From an uncultured Bacillales bacterium (GTDB lineage Bacteria; Bacillota_I; Bacilli_A; RFN20; CAG-826), in assembly GCA_946185585.1 (NCBI GenBank), contig CAMHJP010000003.1, positions 1 to 53,496 of the forward strand: DNA of 53,496 bases. Reading direction: 5' to 3'. Position numbers and translations under genes: made by a program. Below are positions 28,487 through 38,095 of this stretch, piece by piece. Every line of letters starts with the position of its first letter. The stretch's first letter is position 1. The notes under the pieces are model-generated. The model had not been told where the DNA came from, searched no databases, and saw only the letters and a list, made by a program, of their open reading frames with translations.

Positions 28487-31087
28487 ATGAAAAAGAAATT
28501 TATTTATCTTCTCGCTTGTGCTTTAGCACTCCCATTAATTGCTGGTTGTGGAAAATCAGATCCAGAACCAACTCCACCTGCACCAGGACCAACTACTTAT
28601 AAAGTGATTGTCAAGAATGATGGTCATGTCAAAGTTGAAGGTAAAAAAGAAGGTTTACTTGCTGGTGAAGGCGTGAGCTTAACCATTCAAGCTCTTGATA
28701 ACTTTGTTCTTGTTTCTAATGACTTCTCGCTATGTGAAAACACCGATGAAAAAGCTAGTGTTGAGTTTACCTGGTTGGAAGATAGTGGAAAACTAAACTT
28801 CACCATGCCAGCTCATGATGTTGTCTTTACAGCCGCTGCAAAAGATCCAGAATACGACATTGTTTTAGACCAATTCACCCATCTTGATGGTGGCGATGTT
28901 GAAGTTAACGGAGTGAAGTTACACTTCGATGAAAACATGGTTAACGAAAACTGTGAAGATGGTTTTGTTGAACTTGCTCCATATGGATCACTTTGCTTAG
29001 AAACTTATTTCCCAGGTATTACTAAAGTCTATGCCGAAGAAATCTATGATGGTGGAACAGAAGGTGGATTCTTCCTTGATTCCTCCGCCACACCAAACGT
29101 CATTGATGGAGATACTTGGTATACCCAAACAAGTCACACGATTAATATGTCTGCTGATGCACCATATTTCATGATTAAGAACCGTGACCAAGTTAATGTG
29201 ATTAAATGTATTAAAATTAAATACGTTTCAATTGATCCGGAAAAAGTTCTTCGTGAGCTGATTCAAGTGGAGGATTTAGAAACCACATTTAGTCCAGGTG
29301 AATATCTTAATCCATACGAAGTTAATCCAATTGATGAATCGCTGATTCCAGACAATCGTATTGTTGAACCAATAGAACCTCTTGAATACACCGAACCAGG
29401 TGAATATCTCTATGGATACGAAGTCTACACCAAAACTGGTGAAGGAAATAAAGGTAAACTTCTTTATTCTAGCCAAGCGACATGTAAAATTGCCGGAACA
29501 TCCACCTTTAAACATTGGGCGGTGTTCCACCTCGAAGACCATGCGGAATATATCTCTGTTGGTAAGAATAAAAAAGTCGATCTTTCCTTAAATCCAAAAG
29601 TCAGTGGATACAACTGGAAAACTCCATTTAATGATTTCGAAACTCCATTTACCGAAGATCGTCATTTCTATCCAGAATACTCCATTATTGGTTTACCAAA
29701 CCACAAAAATGGTGATGGTTGTGAACCATTAAAAGCTTCTTATAACGGCTTTGACCGTCACATTGATATGCCAGATCCAGATATGATGGATGGCTACACC
29801 TTTGGTGGTTGGTACATGGATTTTGATTGTACCCAACCATTCGATCCAGATGCCGCTTATAGCGGAAACCTCGTTTTATACGCGAAGTGTCTTGAAGAAG
29901 TAAAGAACTACCGTAAAGTTCTCTATTATGACTACGATGGTATTATGCTTAACCGTATCGACCTTCTCGAAGAGAAAGATGGCGCAAACATTTCTCTTCC
30001 AACATTCGACGAAATCGGAACAAGACTTGGTTCAAATAAATGGGAAACAAGAATGTACGAAGTTCGTTTAGGTGCTGTTAGAGCGAATATGCTTAGACCA
30101 GAAGGCGAATATCCTCTAGATAGTGCGCACCCCGATATGGCAAGCAATGCTCCAAGACCAGCTCAAGCTCCACTTGGGCAACATTATGATGGTGATAAGC
30201 TTTATTACAATGATATTAAGGATTACGATGGTGACATTAAATTAATTGTCACCAAAGCGGAAGTCTATGCCAACCCACTTGCTGTCTACACCTTATTCTG
30301 GAAAGATATTGATCAAGAATATTACGATGGTTATGGTCATGTCTATGATCCAGCTGATCCAGAGGAAGAGCCAGTATTAGACAATAACTACGTTGCTAGT
30401 GGATTTACCCAGGATGAAGCCTTTAAAGAAGGCGACCGTATCTTAACTGGTCGTTATCTTGACTGGAATGAAGACTGGAGCTTCGACTTTTCAACCTATT
30501 ATGATCCACAACGATGTGATGAATTCGCTGTCACTGACGAAGTCAAAGGCTACATCATTGACCAAGGTTCATATAACTCCATCGCTGCTTATGGCTATGG
30601 AAATAAGTACGTTGAGCACTCTAAACCTCTTGAAGGCATCTTACGTCATGATTCTGTAATCAAAGTTAATCGACGTGCCTTCTTCAATCGTTATGGAATG
30701 AAAGGAACGTATTTCCCTAAAAACGCTCGTGAATTTGCTCTAGAAAGCTACGCAAATGTTCACTTTAATAAAAATCTTCTTCTTCCAAAGAACTTAAGTA
30801 AGATTGGTGACAGAGCCTTTGTTGGTTCGACTAACATTGAAACCATCTGCTTACCAAAATCACTGAAGAGTGTTGGAAAAGGAGCGTTCTCCTTGGCGGA
30901 TTACGATAATGAGACTTATCTGTTCTCAAATGTCCGTTACCGCGAAGGTGATGAAAAGATTATCTTCTACTATGAAGGTAACGAAAGAGACTTCAAAGCG
31001 CTTGATGATGCCACAAAACTAGAAATTACATCAAACGCTTCCAAGATTATCTATAATGTGGATTACACTCCATATTATGGAAGATAA
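28487..31087 (+). CDS. Lipoprotein with InlB B-like repeat and BspA-type leucine-rich repeats
   Basis: Lipobox IAGC; GYTFGGWY...LYAK; LPKNLSKIGDRAF and LPKSLKSVGKGAF. Confidence 0.8.
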   Translation: MKKKFIYLLACALALPLIAGCGKSDPEPTPPAPGPTTYKVIVKNDGHVKVEGKKEGLLAGEGVSLTIQALDNFVLVSNDFSLCENTDEKASVEFTWLEDSGKLNFTMPAHDVVFTAAAKDPEYDIVLDQFTHLDGGDVEVNGVKLHFDENMVNENCEDGFVELAPYGSLCLETYFPGITKVYAEEIYDGGTEGGFFLDSSATPNVIDGDTWYTQTSHTINMSADAPYFMIKNRDQVNVIKCIKIKYVSIDPEKVLRELIQVEDLETTFSPGEYLNPYEVNPIDESLIPDNRIVEPIEPLEYTEPGEYLYGYEVYTKTGEGNKGKLLYSSQATCKIAGTSTFKHWAVFHLEDHAEYISVGKNKKVDLSLNPKVSGYNWKTPFNDFETPFTEDRHFYPEYSIIGLPNHKNGDGCEPLKASYNGFDRHIDMPDPDMMDGYTFGGWYMDFDCTQPFDPDAAYSGNLVLYAKCLEEVKNYRKVLYYDYDGIMLNRIDLLEEKDGANISLPTFDEIGTRLGSNKWETRMYEVRLGAVRANMLRPEGEYPLDSAHPDMASNAPRPAQAPLGQHYDGDKLYYNDIKDYDGDIKLIVTKAEVYANPLAVYTLFWKDIDQEYYDGYGHVYDPADPEEEPVLDNNYVASGFTQDEAFKEGDRILTGRYLDWNEDWSFDFSTYYDPQRCDEFAVTDEVKGYIIDQGSYNSIAAYGYGNKYVEHSKPLEGILRHDSVIKVNRRAFFNRYGMKGTYFPKNAREFALESYANVHFNKNLLLPKNLSKIGDRAFVGSTNIETICLPKSLKSVGKGAFSLADYDNETYLFSNVRYREGDEKIIFYYEGNERDFKALDDATKLEITSNASKIIYNVDYTPYYGR

Positions 31088-31105
31088 TCAATTAATCTAA
31101 TTCAT

Positions 31106-31141
31106 AAGCACCTGTCTAAAAGCATACTGACAGGTGCTTTT
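31106..31141 (+). terminator. Intrinsic terminator
   Basis: aagcacctgtc...gacaggtgctt plus T-tract. Confidence 0.8.
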
Positions 31142-31213
31142 ATTAAAGATATTTGTTTACAAATAAGACAATATTTAGTAGATTATTTTTTGCGTCTTTA
31201 CAGGAGGGCGGGA

Positions 31214-32356
31214 ATGAAAATTGTTATTGTTAGTGATGTCTTATGTAACGAAGGTAATGGGACGAATGTTGCCACAATGAACCTTGTTCGTTACTTAATG
31301 GATCATAATTATGATGTTCGTGTTCTCTGCCCGTATAGCGATAAAGAAGACGATGATCGATTCTATATTGTTCCAACACTTGATTTAAAGATCTTTAACG
31401 GATTATTAGACAGAGTTGGAGTTAAACTTTCTCACGCTGATGATAATGTCATTAACGAATGTTTAGATGGAGCGGATTATATTCACGCGATTGTTCCATT
31501 CCATTTATGTAACACAGTCATTCGTTTAGCGAACAAATATAACATCCCAGTATCAATTGGTTTTCATATGCAAGCCGAAAACCTCACCTCATATTTTGGA
31601 TTAAAGAATTTTAGATTAGTGAACCACTGGGTTTATAAGTACATTTACCGAAATACATTCTCCAAAGTTGATGCGATTCATTATCCAACCAAGTTTATTC
31701 GTGACATCTTTGAAAAGAATATTCATTGTCACACAAATGGTTATGTTATCTCCAATGGTGTTAACCCTGATATGAGACCTAGAATTGTGGAAAAACCCCA
31801 ACAATTTGCCGATAAAATTGTCATTTCTTCCGTTGGTCGACTCTCCAAAGAGAAATCCCAAGATACCTTAATTAAGGCTGTTTTAAATAGTAAACACGAG
31901 AAAGAAATTCAACTTGTTTTAGCTGGACAAGGTCTACAGGAAGGTAAGTTTAGACGTCTAGCGAAAAAGCTCACTAATCCAATTGTGATGCAACAATTCT
32001 CTCGTGAAGAAGTAGTGGATATTATGCATTACTCAGATATCTACGTTCATCCAGCAATTGTGGAATTAGAAGGTATCGCTTGTATTGAAGCATTAGCTTG
32101 TCAAAAACTGACCATTGTTTCTGATAGTAAGAAAAGCGCGACACATTTATTTGTTCGCGACAAGAAATGTATCTTTAAGAAACGTAACTATAAATCTTTG
32201 TCTAAACTGATTGATTACTTTATTGATCATCCAGAAGAAAAAGAACGTATCGAAAAGCTTTATGATGGTTTCGCTGATGAATACTCAATTGAACACTGTA
32301 TGAGTCGTATGGAACAAATGATTCTTGAAACCAAAAAACATAAAGATGAAAACTAA
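31214..32356 (+). CDS. Glycosyltransferase family 4 (GT-B)
   Basis: SNGV, GRLSKEK and ELEGIACIEALAC (E-x7-E) motifs; start moved to MKIV (RBS aggagg). Confidence 0.88.
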   Translation: MKIVIVSDVLCNEGNGTNVATMNLVRYLMDHNYDVRVLCPYSDKEDDDRFYIVPTLDLKIFNGLLDRVGVKLSHADDNVINECLDGADYIHAIVPFHLCNTVIRLANKYNIPVSIGFHMQAENLTSYFGLKNFRLVNHWVYKYIYRNTFSKVDAIHYPTKFIRDIFEKNIHCHTNGYVISNGVNPDMRPRIVEKPQQFADKIVISSVGRLSKEKSQDTLIKAVLNSKHEKEIQLVLAGQGLQEGKFRRLAKKLTNPIVMQQFSREEVVDIMHYSDIYVHPAIVELEGIACIEALACQKLTIVSDSKKSATHLFVRDKKCIFKKRNYKSLSKLIDYFIDHPEEKERIEKLYDGFADEYSIEHCMSRMEQMILETKKHKDEN

Positions 32357-32410
32357 ATATACCAAAAGTGTTTATCAGTGATAAAATACTCGTGGAAAAG
32401 GAGAAATATT

Positions 32411-33112
32411 ATGTTTAAAAAATTAGTTGCTGAATTCTTCGCAACATTCATTCTCGTTGTTGTCGGTTGTGGTGTTGCCATTGGAACAGGTGCTGCAATC
32501 GTTCCTACCGCTGCTGCGTTCGGTGTTTCCATTGTTATCTTAGCCTACACCGTTGGACAAGTTAGTGGTGGACACGCTAACCCAGCTGTTTCTTTAGCGA
32601 TGGCCATTCGTGGTGACATTACATGGAAAGAATTTTTTGCCTACTGTGGTGCCCAAGTTTGTGGTGCTTTAGTTGGTAGTGGTGTTCTTGCTTTAATGTT
32701 CTTCACAGTTAAAGCCACTGGAAACAACTCACTTGATAACATCGTCTATTATGCCGGTGCAACTGACTACACATTTGGTGTTGTTATGCTCGGTTTGTTT
32801 GCCGAAGTTGTCTTAACCTTCTTATTTGTCTTAGCCGTCTTAGGTGCAACAAGCAAGAAAGAACACGGGCACGCGACAGGAATCATTATTGGTTTAGCCT
32901 TATTTGGTGTTCACCTTTTAGGTATTCCATTAACTGGTACATCTGTTAACCCAGCTCGTGCATTAAGCGCTATTATCTTTAGATTATTTGATAGTTCCGC
33001 TAACGCTGGTCACTTAGCATTAACATTAATTGCTGTGATCATCGGACCATTCATTGGTGCTGCTCTTGCTGCTTACCTTTGGAAGAAGATTCAACCAAAA
33101 GAAGAAAAATAA
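32411..33112 (+). CDS. Aquaporin (MIP family, AqpZ-like)
   Basis: SGGHANPAVS and GTSVNPAR motifs; start moved to MFKK (RBS aaggag). Confidence 0.93.
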   Translation: MFKKLVAEFFATFILVVVGCGVAIGTGAAIVPTAAAFGVSIVILAYTVGQVSGGHANPAVSLAMAIRGDITWKEFFAYCGAQVCGALVGSGVLALMFFTVKATGNNSLDNIVYYAGATDYTFGVVMLGLFAEVVLTFLFVLAVLGATSKKEHGHATGIIIGLALFGVHLLGIPLTGTSVNPARALSAIIFRLFDSSANAGHLALTLIAVIIGPFIGAALAAYLWKKIQPKEEK

Positions 33113-33145
33113 CCAAAAATAACAAAGAATTGCTGTATATTTTTT

Positions 33146-33177
33146 AAAATGATGTCTCTTTTTGGGACATCATTTTT
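33146..33177 (+). terminator. Intrinsic terminator
   Basis: aaaatgatgtctc...gggacatcatttt. Confidence 0.8.
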
Positions 33178-33221
33178 ATTTTTTCTTTTGTACTTTTTGC
33201 TAAAACGTAAATAATATTTGT

Positions 33222-33527
33222 ATGAATTATGGTATTAGATTTAAAAGATATCGTTTGAGAAAAGGCCTTAGTCAAACTGAAGCCGCAAAACTTATTGGTG
33301 TTAAGAATTATCAATTGGGAAACTATGAAACAGGAAGAAGTGAACCAAGTATTGATATTTTAAAAAAGATGTCGAATCTTTATGGTGTTAGTATCGATTT
33401 AATGGTTGCTAACATTCATTATAAAGTTGATGATGAGCTGATTTACGACGACAAAAGAGCGGAAATAGACGAAATTTTAAATGATCTTAATACAATGGTT
33501 AAGAAAATTAATAGCTCAAAAGATTAA
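33222..33527 (+). CDS. XRE-family HTH regulator
   Basis: GLSQTEAA..IGV....LGNYETGRSEP. Confidence 0.88.
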   Translation: MNYGIRFKRYRLRKGLSQTEAAKLIGVKNYQLGNYETGRSEPSIDILKKMSNLYGVSIDLMVANIHYKVDDELIYDDKRAEIDEILNDLNTMVKKINSSKD

Positions 33528-33647
33528 TCTTTCTTTTTTTGTGCCTCTTTCTTTGTAAAAATTGCTATATCGTAAAAATTACAAAAATATGATGCAAATC
33601 GACTTGCGTTTTTTTATAATAACATTAAAGAGGAAAAGGAGATTATT

Positions 33648-33806
33648 ATGGGCGCGAACAAAAATGATGAAAACACATATATCATTGAACTCGTTGATGT
33701 CTATTACAAAATTAAGAACGGAAAAATTAAAGCAAAAGCAAAAATCAAAGACGATGATGACTTGGAACGTTTAATGAAAGAGTTTTTTGGTGAAAAGCAA
33801 AAATGA
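33648..33806 (+). CDS. 52-aa hypothetical protein (MGANKNDENTYIIELVDVYYKIKNGKIKAKAKIKDDDDLERLMKEFFGEKQK)
   Basis: RBS aaggag; ATGCAA-17-TATAAT promoter at 33592-33620; TGA overlaps the next ATG (ATGA); not in the ORF track. Confidence 0.7.
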   Translation: MGANKNDENTYIIELVDVYYKIKNGKIKAKAKIKDDDDLERLMKEFFGEKQK

Positions 33807-34690
33807 AAACGTATTTTGTTTGTTCTGATCTTCATGGTTTTTATAAAGAATTTCTTGAATCTTTAATATTGTCTGGGTTTGATCAATTTAATCAAGAGCA
33901 CATTTTGATTATTTTAGGAGATATTTTTGATCGTGGAAAACATCCGTGGGAAATCTTTCAATTTTTAACACAATTTCCACGCGAAAGAGTAATTTTGGTT
34001 AAAGGAAATCACGAATATCTCTTGGAAAAATTAGTCAAGAGAAAATATCCATTAGAGCACGATTATAGCAATGGAACATATGGCACGCTTATATCGTTGT
34101 ATAAAGACCCTATGAAAGAGCAACATAAATGGATAGAAAACCATCGAGGAAAGATTTCTAACGAAGTTCTCTTTCTCCAAAGCGTGGATTATTATCATCA
34201 CGTCGAAAATAAACTTTATAACAACAAAAAAATTAACAAAATTTTAAATTGGTTAAAATCAGCAAACTGGTTAAATTATTATGAACTCGGGCAATATATT
34301 TTTGTTCATTCTTTTATTCCGTTGAAAGTTAAAGATGAACTTTATTCAGAGCCAATCTCGTTTGAATATTTTCAAGATTGGAGAGATTGTAAAGATAAAA
34401 AAACATGGGAACTTTCTACATGGAATTGTCCTTACGATTTGTATTTAAAAGGATATTTCAATAAGGAATTAAAGAAAGGAAAAACGCTTGTTTGTGGGCA
34501 TTGGCATACGGCGCTTTTCTATAATGATTTGCTTTATAAAGATGAGCCAACAAAACAACTTGATGTTAGAAGAGAGAACCCAATTTTTAAATCCGATAAA
34601 TTTCCTGGATTAATTGGGCTTGATACATGCACTGTATTAACAAGGAAAGTAAATGTTCTTGTTATACAAGAAAAAGATATCAAATTTTAG
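33803..34690 (+). CDS. Metallophosphoesterase (calcineurin-like, Ser/Thr phosphatase-type)
   Basis: SDLHG, GDIFDRG, GNHE, FVH, GHWH and LDT motifs. Confidence 0.9.
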   Translation: MKTYFVCSDLHGFYKEFLESLILSGFDQFNQEHILIILGDIFDRGKHPWEIFQFLTQFPRERVILVKGNHEYLLEKLVKRKYPLEHDYSNGTYGTLISLYKDPMKEQHKWIENHRGKISNEVLFLQSVDYYHHVENKLYNNKKINKILNWLKSANWLNYYELGQYIFVHSFIPLKVKDELYSEPISFEYFQDWRDCKDKKTWELSTWNCPYDLYLKGYFNKELKKGKTLVCGHWHTALFYNDLLYKDEPTKQLDVRRENPIFKSDKFPGLIGLDTCTVLTRKVNVLVIQEKDIKF

Positions 34691-34696
34691 GAAAAA

Positions 34697-34736
34697 CTAG
34701 GTGTTTATTGACAAAAGACCTAGAAATACATAAATT
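34697..34736 (+). promoter_or_regulatory. abiE promoter with overlapping inverted repeat
   Basis: TTGACA (34708)-17-TAAATT (34731); ctaggtgttt...aaagacctag arms flank the -35, fitting AbiEi autoregulation. Confidence 0.6.
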
Positions 34737-35288
34737 ATGGATGTGGTTTATACGACAAAAGAACTTCTAAAAAATGGTGAAACAGAGTATTCAATTCGTA
34801 TGAAATTGAACTCCGGTCTTTTAACTCGTCTTGAAAGGGGTGTTTATGCTACTAGCCAGGATCATGTTATTTATGATGAAGAACTTTTGTGTAAAAAATA
34901 TCCGAAAGCAGTTATAACTGGTTTATCTGCTTTTTATTTGTATGATTTAACTGACCACATTCCTGATTTCTATTATTTGGCAACAGAACAGCATAGTTAT
35001 CCGATCCGTAGAAAAGAGGTAAAACAATCTTATCAAGATGCTTCTTTCTTTAACGTTGGAATTGTTGAAAAAGAAGTTGGTGGAGTGATGGTTAGAATTT
35101 ATGACCTAGAACGTTTGTTTATTGAACTATTGAGACTTAAAGAAAAATATCCAAGCGATGTATATTATGAAGTTTTGAATTCTTTTAGAAACATTAAAGA
35201 CTCCATCGATTTTTATAAATTGAGTCTGTATTTGAGAAAATTTCCAAACGAAGACTCGTTGATTGAAAAAACGATGGAGGTTATTTAA
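34737..35288 (+). CDS. abiEi: Type IV TA antitoxin, AbiEi family
   Basis: N-terminal winged-helix LTRLERGVY; SAFYLYDLTD and IYDLERLFIE motifs. Confidence 0.85.
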   Translation: MDVVYTTKELLKNGETEYSIRMKLNSGLLTRLERGVYATSQDHVIYDEELLCKKYPKAVITGLSAFYLYDLTDHIPDFYYLATEQHSYPIRRKEVKQSYQDASFFNVGIVEKEVGGVMVRIYDLERLFIELLRLKEKYPSDVYYEVLNSFRNIKDSIDFYKLSLYLRKFPNEDSLIEKTMEVI

Positions 35289-36112
35289 TGAATATTCGAG
35301 ATTTAGTACATAAATATTCTAAGCAAAATTACAACAAAATTGATTCTCTCAATTTGACTGCTGAAGAAATAATCTTATCGAAGATTTGTCTTTCTCCTTT
35401 GTCTAATCATGTGACAATAAAGGGCGGGATAGTGATGTTTGCGCTAACAAAAGGACAAAGAAGCGTGACAAAAGATATTGACTTTGACTTTGTTTCGTTT
35501 CCTCTAAATGAAAACGCCATAAAATCATTTATTGATTCACTAAATAGAAATAGTGACGATTTTAAAATTTCAATAGGTGGTGTACTTGTTCCGCTAAAAC
35601 ACGATGATTATCACGGAATAAGAGTCCCATTATTAATTACTGATACTAATGGCGATAAACTATCAATTAAGATAGATGTCGGAGTTCATACAAACAAAGA
35701 GATTCATCAACATAAAATAGAGTTTTTAAAATTAGATTCTGGAAGATTGGTGGTTTTAAATGCAAACCCACCAGAACAGATTGTTGCTGAAAAGCTTGTT
35801 GCATTAGCGCGAATCGGTGAAAAAACAACAAGATACAAAGACATATACGATGTCTATTTTCTTCTTGTAAGTAAGATGGTTAATAATGAACTATTAAAAG
35901 AGATTATCAATATTCTTTTAGAAAATTGTCGATTAACCATATCGGAATTTAAGAATAACATCCATTGTGTCTTAGAAAACAAAAAGTTTGAGCATAATTT
36001 TAGAAGAGCAAAAAATCAATGGATTAAAGAAGATTATCAAACAATGAAAAAATATATTTTAAACTACATTGATACTCTTGATGATGTATGTACAGTTAAA
36101 GTACTCGAATGA
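35288..36112 (+). CDS. abiEii: Nucleotidyltransferase toxin, AbiEii/MenT family
   Basis: KGG, TKDIDF, AEKL and RYKDIYD motifs; coupled to abiEi. Confidence 0.88.
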   Translation: MNIRDLVHKYSKQNYNKIDSLNLTAEEIILSKICLSPLSNHVTIKGGIVMFALTKGQRSVTKDIDFDFVSFPLNENAIKSFIDSLNRNSDDFKISIGGVLVPLKHDDYHGIRVPLLITDTNGDKLSIKIDVGVHTNKEIHQHKIEFLKLDSGRLVVLNANPPEQIVAEKLVALARIGEKTTRYKDIYDVYFLLVSKMVNNELLKEIINILLENCRLTISEFKNNIHCVLENKKFEHNFRRAKNQWIKEDYQTMKKYILNYIDTLDDVCTVKVLE

Positions 36113-36375
36113 AAAAAGAAGCTCGGATTTGTATTAGGATCTCAAGCGACTTAAAAGATGCTTTTCGCGTATTCGCAATAAAAGAAGGATATTCAATGTC
36201 TGAAATTGTTGAAGCCATTATGAAATATGTTGTTGAGACAGATCCGGAAACACACGCTCAGTATTTGGCAATGCAATCAAACACGGACCGGACTTATGGT
36301 TTGCCCGATTATTCTTTAGAAGATTCGTTCAATTTAATAACCAAAATAATTAATGGGAAAAATAATAAAAAATAG
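36109..36375 (+). CDS. Ribbon-helix-helix protein (RelB/CopG-like N-terminus)
   Basis: ICIRIS beta strand, helix, G-x-S-M-S-E helix; ATGA-coupled to abiEii. Confidence 0.65.
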   Translation: MKKEARICIRISSDLKDAFRVFAIKEGYSMSEIVEAIMKYVVETDPETHAQYLAMQSNTDRTYGLPDYSLEDSFNLITKIINGKNNKK

Positions 36376-36405
36376 TGAAAATATTTGTGTTTTGCATGGA
36401 ATAAT

Positions 36406-36437
36406 AAAAAATGCGTCATTCATTTACGCAATTTTTT
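36406..36437. terminator. Probable bidirectional terminator
   Basis: A-tract, tgcgt...acgca stem, T-tract between convergent genes. Confidence 0.6.
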
Positions 36438-36446
36438 ATTCGATAG

Positions 36447-37931
36447 TTAACCCTTGAAATATAAACGTTTCTGATAATTAATTGGTTCTTCCGTAACATT
36501 AATCCCAAGAGCCTTTAATGTATTTCTATCTACTTCGGAAAGGATGGTGGTGGAATGAAGTTCCGATCCTTTTAGTTTCGGTATTTGTTTGAGCGCTAAA
36601 TCAGCAAGAGGATTGGTGTTTGCTTGAATTGATAAAGCAAGAAGAATTTCTTCGGCACGTAAGCGAACATGGTTTTTGTGGAAGTGGACAACTTTCAGTT
36701 CTTTCACTGGTTCAATAACGCTTGGTGAAAGAAGATAAATACTCTTATCAATCTTCGCTAAATGCTTTAAAGCATTTAATAGAAGTGCAGCTGATGCACC
36801 AAGAAGACTTGAACGGTGTCCGGTAATAATCTTTCCATTTGGTAGTTCAATGGCTTCGCTTGGTTCATGTTCTTTAGCTTCAATTTCTAGAGCTTTAGCG
36901 ACACACTTACGATCTTCTGGACGGACATCTGCTTTATTCATCAGCATTTCCATCTTCTCTAAAGCTTCTTCTGGAAGTTTACCTAAGAAGATTTTTGTAC
37001 GTGTATCGTAATATCTTCGAACAATTTCTCTTTTTGATGCAGAGATGACTTTTTCTTCATCTTTAATCGCATAACCGACCATGTTTACACCCATGTCAGT
37101 TGGTGAAAAATATGGGGATTCGCCATAGATTTTTTCAAAAATTGCCTTCAAAAGTGGGAAAACTTCCACATCACGATTGTAGTTAACTGAAGTCACTCCA
37201 TATTTTTCTAAATGGAATGGATCAATCATATTCACATCGTTTAAATCAACTGTCGCAGCTTCATAAGCTAAGTTAACTTGATGGTTTAAAGGAAGATTCC
37301 ACACTGGGAATGTTTCATATTTAGCATAACCAGCTCGAACACCATTTTTATTATCTAAATAAATTTGGGATAAACATGTCGCCATCTTTCCGCTTCCTGG
37401 TCCAGGTGCGGTCACAACAACTAATGGACGAGTTGTTTTAACATATTCATTTCGACCTAAGCCATCATCAGAAACAATTAAAGGAATGTTTCTTGGGTAT
37501 CCATTAATGTGATATGACTTATAAACATTCATTCCGTTGTTCTTGAGTTTTAACTCAAACTCTTTAATGTTTGGTGAATCTTGATAGAAGGAAATAACAA
37601 CGCTAGAAACAAATAATCCAACATCTTTATATGTATCAATTAGACGTAGAACTTCCTCTTGATATGTTGTTCCAATATCAGCGCGAACTTTATTCGTATT
37701 TATATCGTTCGCGTTAACAACAATTAACACTTCCGCTTTATCTTTAATACCTAATAACATCTGTAGTTTTGTATCTGGTTCAAATCCAGGTAAAACACGA
37801 GACGCATGAAAATCATCAAAGAGTTTTCCGCCAAATTCGAGATATAATTTGTCGCCAAATCTTTCAATTCTCTTCAGAATATTTTCTCTTTGAATTTTTA
37901 AATATAAGTTCTTGTCAAAAGGAGCTTTCAT
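36447..37931 (-). CDS. DUF1846 (UPF0371) family protein
   Basis: KLYLEFGGKLFDDFHASRVLPGF, TAPGPGSGKMATCLSQ and SPTDMGVNM motifs; start moved to MKAPF. Confidence 0.9.
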   Translation of the reverse strand: MKAPFDKNLYLKIQRENILKRIERFGDKLYLEFGGKLFDDFHASRVLPGFEPDTKLQMLLGIKDKAEVLIVVNANDINTNKVRADIGTTYQEEVLRLIDTYKDVGLFVSSVVISFYQDSPNIKEFELKLKNNGMNVYKSYHINGYPRNIPLIVSDDGLGRNEYVKTTRPLVVVTAPGPGSGKMATCLSQIYLDNKNGVRAGYAKYETFPVWNLPLNHQVNLAYEAATVDLNDVNMIDPFHLEKYGVTSVNYNRDVEVFPLLKAIFEKIYGESPYFSPTDMGVNMVGYAIKDEEKVISASKREIVRRYYDTRTKIFLGKLPEEALEKMEMLMNKADVRPEDRKCVAKALEIEAKEHEPSEAIELPNGKIITGHRSSLLGASAALLLNALKHLAKIDKSIYLLSPSVIEPVKELKVVHFHKNHVRLRAEEILLALSIQANTNPLADLALKQIPKLKGSELHSTTILSEVDRNTLKALGINVTEEPINYQKRLYFKG

Positions 37932-38061
37932 AATAATAAATTCCAAATTTATATTGATATGATATATCAATTGAAGACAAAAATCATCAGTTTTTTATAA
38001 TCAATTTCTCAACTAATTTTACGAAAATTTTGTTGAAAACATGTATTTTAATACTAAAAAC

Positions 38062-38089
38062 TTGAAAAAAATACGTTTTTTGTTATAAT
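38062..38089 (+). promoter_or_regulatory. SigA promoter giving a probable leaderless mRNA
   Basis: TTGAAA-16-TATAAT with TGn; ATG only 6 nt downstream and no SD. Confidence 0.7.
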
Positions 38090-38095
38090 AAAGCC

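Noticed and set aside
33562-33774. 70-aa ORF in the ORF track
   Set aside because: TTG start without RBS, overlaps a promoter; the 52-aa ORF at 33648 has an RBS and ATGA coupling.
33222-36375. Prophage or integrative element
   Set aside because: No integrase, structural or replication genes and no clear att-like direct repeats at the ends.
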